Assembly (NCBI RefSeq): GCF_027921745.1
Contig: NC_079238.1
Span: forward strand, 3,658,001 to 3,722,000
DNA length: 64,000 bases
DNA from: Schizosaccharomyces osmophilus
Taxonomy: Eukaryota
Reading direction: 5' to 3'
How positions within the stretch are numbered: the stretch's first letter is position 1; every line of letters begins with the position of its first letter. Below the pieces are notes generated by a model. That model was not told the origin of the DNA, searched no databases, and worked only from the letters and a program-made list of their open reading frames with translations. Made by a program: the position numbers and the translations under genes. Below are positions 58,818 to 64,000 of this stretch, piece after piece.

Positions 58818-60401
58818 ATGGATTCATCTTTCTCCTCATACAGGAAAAGCTTTAGCACTAATGTTTGGCACATTTTAAGCTGGATATTGTACGCTGGTGG
58901 AGCAGGGCCCGTCGCAACAGCGAATATGGGTGTATTTGTACCACTGGTGATCATGAAGAATGCTCATATCAATGGTTTTTTAAGAAGAGACCACACAATT
59001 CCATGCTTCAGCTTCCCTGATGAACCGTGTTCTGTGCGCGTACTTCACTCTATATGGATTGACACAGGATCTATCTTATTTGCTGCATTCGCGTTTTCGA
59101 ATCTCCTTCAATTGTGTTTAATGACAGGTGTAGGCGTGGTTTGCGATTATGGTAACTATCGACGTTATATCCTTCATTTATGTGTCTTAGTCGGCTCAAT
59201 CAGTACTATAATTTTACCATGGCTCCCCGCTTCTTTATTCAGTTTGCAGTTGGTTGCGTTTCTTGCAATTGATCTGTCGTTTATTATCGCACAGTCTTGT
59301 TACGACTCCTTCCTGCCTATCCTATTACGATATTACCCGGTATCAAATACTCCATATACATTGGAATCTGCGATACAGAATGAGACATCTAGTATTGGAA
59401 ACGCTTCTTCTTCTGAAGAGAGCATAGTGAATTCGGAAAATGAAGAAGAGTACTTGAATGAGCAAAGTTTGATTTTGAATGAATCTGCTCCTCCTGTCGA
59501 TGCTGAAGAGGAAGACAAGTCCAGAATTGCTGCTAGATTGTCAAGCGTAGGGTTCAGCTGTTTTTTTGGATCGGCAATCCTTCTTCAATTATGTCTTGTA
59601 CCACTCTTGTACAAAGCAACTCCCGACTCTTCATTGATTCCTATTGCTATTACGGTCTGTGGTACTTGGTGGTTACTCTTGTCAAATCCCCTTTGCTTGT
59701 TTGTTAAACTCCCAAATGATAATCATACTACCAATCCCCTTTGGAAGATCATCTTAAATAGTACTAAAGAATCTTATCATTCTCTACAGCATGCCATGAG
59801 CATTCTACCTATTCGTTTGTTTCTGTTTTCACGTTTATTTATTAATTGTGGTCTCCAAACCACCCTTACTTCCGCTATTATAATAGGAAAATCGAGATTA
59901 AATTTATCAAACTTCCAGCTTGCATTACTCGGTATGGGAATATCTTTGTTTGCTTTGGTAGGTACTATTATCTTACCTTATCTCACTGAATACTTTCGTT
60001 TAACCAATTTACAAACCGTGATCATCATCGCAATGATTTTACCTTTAGCCCCCATGTATGGTATGTTGGGTTTTCTTCCTGGCTTTGATGGCGGTATGTG
60101 TACTGCTGCCGATATTTTCAGGACCACTATTTTTGTGAGCTTTTTATTAGGTGGCGCTCATAGTTTCTGTCGTTCTGTTTATTCACAATTAATTCCTCAT
60201 GGAAAAGAGACTAGATTCTTTGCATTATACTCTCTCATTTCTCAAGCCGGTGTCTTTTTCGGCCAAATATCTCTAACGATAATTACTTCCATGACTCCAG
60301 ACCCCGGAGCTGTTTATGCGTTCATTATGGTTGTTATGATCCTTCCCTTGCCCTTCTTATGGCTCATGTATAAACATACTAAATCCACTCATCTCTCTTA
60401 A
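58818..60401 (+). CDS. atg22: Vacuolar amino-acid efflux MFS transporter Atg22-like
   Basis: Multi-pass MFS protein; CYDSFLP and SFCRSVYSQLIPHGKETRFFALY are Atg22-type motifs. First ATG at 58818. Confidence 0.82.
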   Translation: MDSSFSSYRKSFSTNVWHILSWILYAGGAGPVATANMGVFVPLVIMKNAHINGFLRRDHTIPCFSFPDEPCSVRVLHSIWIDTGSILFAAFAFSNLLQLCLMTGVGVVCDYGNYRRYILHLCVLVGSISTIILPWLPASLFSLQLVAFLAIDLSFIIAQSCYDSFLPILLRYYPVSNTPYTLESAIQNETSSIGNASSSEESIVNSENEEEYLNEQSLILNESAPPVDAEEEDKSRIAARLSSVGFSCFFGSAILLQLCLVPLLYKATPDSSLIPIAITVCGTWWLLLSNPLCLFVKLPNDNHTTNPLWKIILNSTKESYHSLQHAMSILPIRLFLFSRLFINCGLQTTLTSAIIIGKSRLNLSNFQLALLGMGISLFALVGTIILPYLTEYFRLTNLQTVIIIAMILPLAPMYGMLGFLPGFDGGMCTAADIFRTTIFVSFLLGGAHSFCRSVYSQLIPHGKETRFFALYSLISQAGVFFGQISLTIITSMTPDPGAVYAFIMVVMILPLPFLWLMYKHTKSTHLS

Positions 60402-60831
60402 GTTGTTCTTTACGGTCGTGACACTTTCCGTTCTATTTAATCCCATCCTTAAATCTTTTCGCATTTTCGTTAATTACTCTTTGTGTTTTATAATATAGTT
60501 TCATTTTCTTTTCTCGATCAGGATGTCTTACTCTGATCTCCAAGTTGATATAAAGATATCTTCATAAATAATCAATAAATAATAGAATTGCATTTTTTTT
60601 TATATTATATGGATAGAAATACACTTAAAACCGAATCTTTAAGGTACACTTGTATAATCCTAGTTTGTTGTCGCTTGCCACTGTTACTTTGTTCAAAATC
60701 TCGTTACTTCTGGGGGTATGCTGTCTGCATGCTTGATTCTCCCTTCACCTACATCTTCTCGAGGCCCAAACGTTGTATTTTAGTGTATTCTTCCTGTTAA
60801 AGGCTATTTAAATTTGAGAATTTCAATAAAT

Positions 60832-63800
60832 ATGTCCTTTAATGGCTTAGAAGGTGAAATTGGGTCGAAAGATTCATTGTTGGATTCTGAAAATGTAAGT
60901 TACTGTTATTTAAATTACAAAGTATGCTTACAAACGTAGGATTTTTCGCTAAAACGAAATGATTCCGGAATGGGAATGTTAGATTCATTTTTAGGAGATA
61001 TGATTCCAATGGATTTAGAGGGACAGTCGAAAAATTTAGAGTCTGAACCGATTGACTTGAAGAATGACAATGGTCAAGATGGTTTCAGCTACGAAGATGA
61101 TTTCGGGTTTAATAAAACAGTAGACGAAGGTGATGATTTAGAAGATGATGTGTCAGATGACAACTTGCCCGAAGAAGAGCAAGCTGTCAACTATACCGGG
61201 AAAGACGAAGATGAAGACTTTAGGAGTTTGCTAGCTAAGGAAATGGGTGAGGCAGCCGCGGGTCAAGTCCTCAGTGGTGTTGGTTTTTCTGTACCAGCAG
61301 GTCTGGTAGATATGAATGAAACGCCTTCCGCTCCTGCTGTCCCTAGCGCAGCTGAAACACAGAATGAAGATCAGATTCGTGAGAATATTGTTAAAACGTA
61401 TTTCCCTTCCTTTAAACGTGGAGTACTGTTAAATTTCTCCGAATTATTTCGCCCTAAACATGTGAAGTTAGCTCCTCCTAAGAAGAAAACCCCAAAAGGT
61501 ATGTTCGCCCAGTTGTTTCAAAAAATGCTAATATCCAAGTTTGTGTTCCATCGAGGTTAACTCTTGAAATTGAACCGGATTATTCTGCTATGTTTAATTC
61601 TAAAAAGAATGTTCCTATAAAACGTGATATCGTTCCTGCTATATCGACGCAATCCACGAAAAGACGAAAAACTGGTGGACTTACTCAGGTATGTCTTGTA
61701 TAGTCATTGAAAGAGCTGCTAACAGAAAGAGAAACGATGGACTTGATTTGAACACCATATTCACAACCAATGATTGGGAGAAAGGTATTATTTACGATGA
61801 GAAAGATTTATCAAAATTAGATCGCCCTTCCTTCTCTATAGACAAATCATTGGCTGATTTTGACCTAAACATTGATGATAATATCTTTGAAGGTGAAACG
61901 GGAGGTTCCAAGGTGGTTCTTAATTTAAATGACCCCAAATTACTCCTGCAACCTCAAAAACGGGATGAACAGCATCGCTCGTATCACGACTTACATTTAC
62001 GCAATTCCTTTTCGTGGAAATACAACTTATCTAATGATAGCGCTTATGAAATGCTTAAGCAGAATCATCAATCCAAAGTTCGAAATACCTTGTCTCAGCT
62101 TGCTATTGAGCATGCTGCGTTCGCTGAGAAACTGACATTCCCATACTATAAGACTAGGCTAAGTAAAAGAGCTGTGCGAAGCTTTCACCGACCAACTATG
62201 TCATTTAAGCCAAACGCTGCTATTGTATTCTCTCCTTTGAATGTCCGCAAGAAAAGCAAGGATAAGCATAAATCCGAAAGAGGGCTTATTCCGAATACGA
62301 AAGACATGACTATGGGTGATACCACGCATGCTATATTGGTAGAGTTTTCTGAGGAGCATCCTCCCGTCCTTTCCAATGTTGGAATGGCCAGCAGGATTGT
62401 GAATTATTATCGAAAAAAGAACGAACAGGACGAATCACGACCCAAGTTGGAAGTTGGTGAGAGTCATGTTTTGGACGTTCAGGACAGAAGTCCTTTTTGG
62501 AACTTTGGTTCCGTGGAGCCGGGAGAAATAACGCCCACTCTATATAATAAGATGATTCGTGCTCCTTTATTTAAGCATGAACTCCCTTCCACAGACTTTA
62601 TTCTAGTTCGGAATACGAGTAGTTATGGCTCGAAATACTATTTAAAAAACATAAACCATATCTTTGTGAGTGGACAAACTTTTCCTGTTACTGATGTCCC
62701 TGGTCCTCATTCTCGAAAAGTAACTACTGCAAGCAAAAATCGTTTGAAAATGCTTGTATTTAGATTAATCAGACGGTCACCAACCGGTGGTCTTTTTATT
62801 AGGCAGCTTTCGCAACATTTTTCGGACCAGAATGAGATGCAAATTCGTCAAAGACTTAAAGAGTTTATGGAATATAAAAAGAAGGGTGACGGACCTGGTT
62901 ACTGGAAATTAAAATCCAATGAAGTTGTCCCTGATGAGGCTGGTACAAGGTCAATGGTTTCTCCTGAAACTGTATGTCTTTTAGAGAGCATGCAAGTTGG
63001 TGTCCAGCAATTAGAGGATGCTGGATATGGTAAAACGATTGACGAGGTAAATGACGATGACGAGGAAGAACAACCTGCAGAGCAATTATTAGCACCTTGG
63101 ATAACCACTAGAAATTTCATTAATGCTACTCAAGGAAAAGCTATGCTTACCCTTTTCGGTGAAGGAGATCCAACTGGCATCGGTGAAGGATATAGCTTTA
63201 TCCGTACTAGTATGAAAGGTGGTTTTAAGCCTGCTGGTGAACCAGATGACAGACCTGAGCCGCAGACGAAGAATGCGCATGCTTATAACGTTGCGAAACA
63301 ACAGCAGGCCTACGAAGAAGAAATTAATCGGATTTGGAACGCCCAAAAACGTGGTCTTTCTATTTCGAGCATCGATGAATTGGCAAGGAAGTATAAAATA
63401 AGAAATAAATACGAAGACTATCTTGAAACGGAGGAAGCCCCAAGGGAAGTTACTCCTTCAACAGATAAGGTTCTTCGGATCGTTCGAGTATACCAGGATC
63501 GTAATGGAAATTGGGATCGAAAACAAGAGGTTGTTCATGATCCTATTGTTATTCACGCGTACTTGAAAAAGCGGAGAGAAATTGATGAGCAGTCTACAGC
63601 TTTAGATGCCGTCGTTCCCACAGGAGACGAGGCAATAGATAGACGCAATCGTAAAAGATTGGAACAAGAACTCGCAAAAAGTCAAAAGAATTGGGAACGT
63701 AGAAGAGCTCGTCATGCTGCTAAGGAAGGTATCACCATCAATGGAGAAGGCAAAAAACCGACTACTCGTAAATGCAGCAACTGCGGTCAAGTCGGTCATA

Positions 63801-63874
63801 TGAAGACCAACAAGATATGTCCACTGTTTGGAAGACCTGAAGGTGGATTGGCTACCATGCTTGATAGAAACTAA
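60832..63874 (+). CDS. taf1: TFIID subunit Taf1 (S. pombe Taf111), 4 exons: 60832-60894, 60940-61498, 61540-61688, 61730-63874
   Basis: DUF3591 core (YNLSNDSAY, EFSEEHPPVLSNVGMAS, LAPWITTRNF, GEGDPTGIGEGYSF) and C-terminal zinc knuckle CSNCGQVGHMKTNKICP; three short introns keep the frame. Confidence 0.94.
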
Positions 63875-64000
63875 TATGGATGTAATTTTATTATTTGCAT
63901 TTACGAAAAGTGTCCTATGACATGTTGTAACTTAATCGCTATTTTTAGTTAATGAATTAATTTTTTGGATGATACCGAATAACGAAGGGATTATATATGT

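Noticed and set aside
4175..63799. Numerous short antisense or alternate-frame ORFs nested in larger genes
   Set aside because: Shadow ORFs of 60-135 aa with no recognisable motifs, overlapping well-supported CDSs.
1..64000. tRNA, 5S rRNA, LTR or CRISPR features
   Set aside because: No cloverleaf with A/B boxes, 5S-like sequence, LTR pair or repeat-spacer array recognised by eye. tRNAscan-SE/Infernal were not run.

Overview
Gene-dense, AT-rich fission-yeast DNA (a Schizosaccharomyces species other than S. pombe; probably the octosporus/cryophilus/osmophilus clade, by inference). It has short GT-AG introns with CTRAY branch points. From recall, not a database search, gene order matches the S. 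pombe chromosome I block SPAC4G8-SPAC16C9-SPAC2G11: trm2 (5' end), mitochondrial carrier, mitochondrial LeuRS, gos1, atp10, smp3, prz1, pfkB/Mak32-like kinase, MTAP, nmd3, mot2, cph1, upf1, pom2, urb2, vps45, SPF45-like G-patch gene, rim20, vps4, ptc3, smn1, OSCA/TMEM63 channel, uba4, prh1, rqh1, atg22, taf1. A CENP-B/Abp1-family gene (domesticated pogo transposase) sits near the left end, where I do not recall one in S. pombe. Exon-intron structures were reconstructed by hand. Best leads: (1) a ~65-nt hairpin between branch point and 3' splice site in the OSCA/TMEM63 intron that hides a frameshifting AG, a candidate structure-controlled splicing switch; (2) an in-frame upstream ATG adding a mitochondrial presequence to Trm2; (3) a possible decayed or orphan multi-exon gene between mot2 and cph1; (4) a cluster of five forkhead FLEX sites upstream of pom2 and a compound MCB upstream of rqh1. 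I recognised no tRNA, rRNA, LTR or intact transposon.
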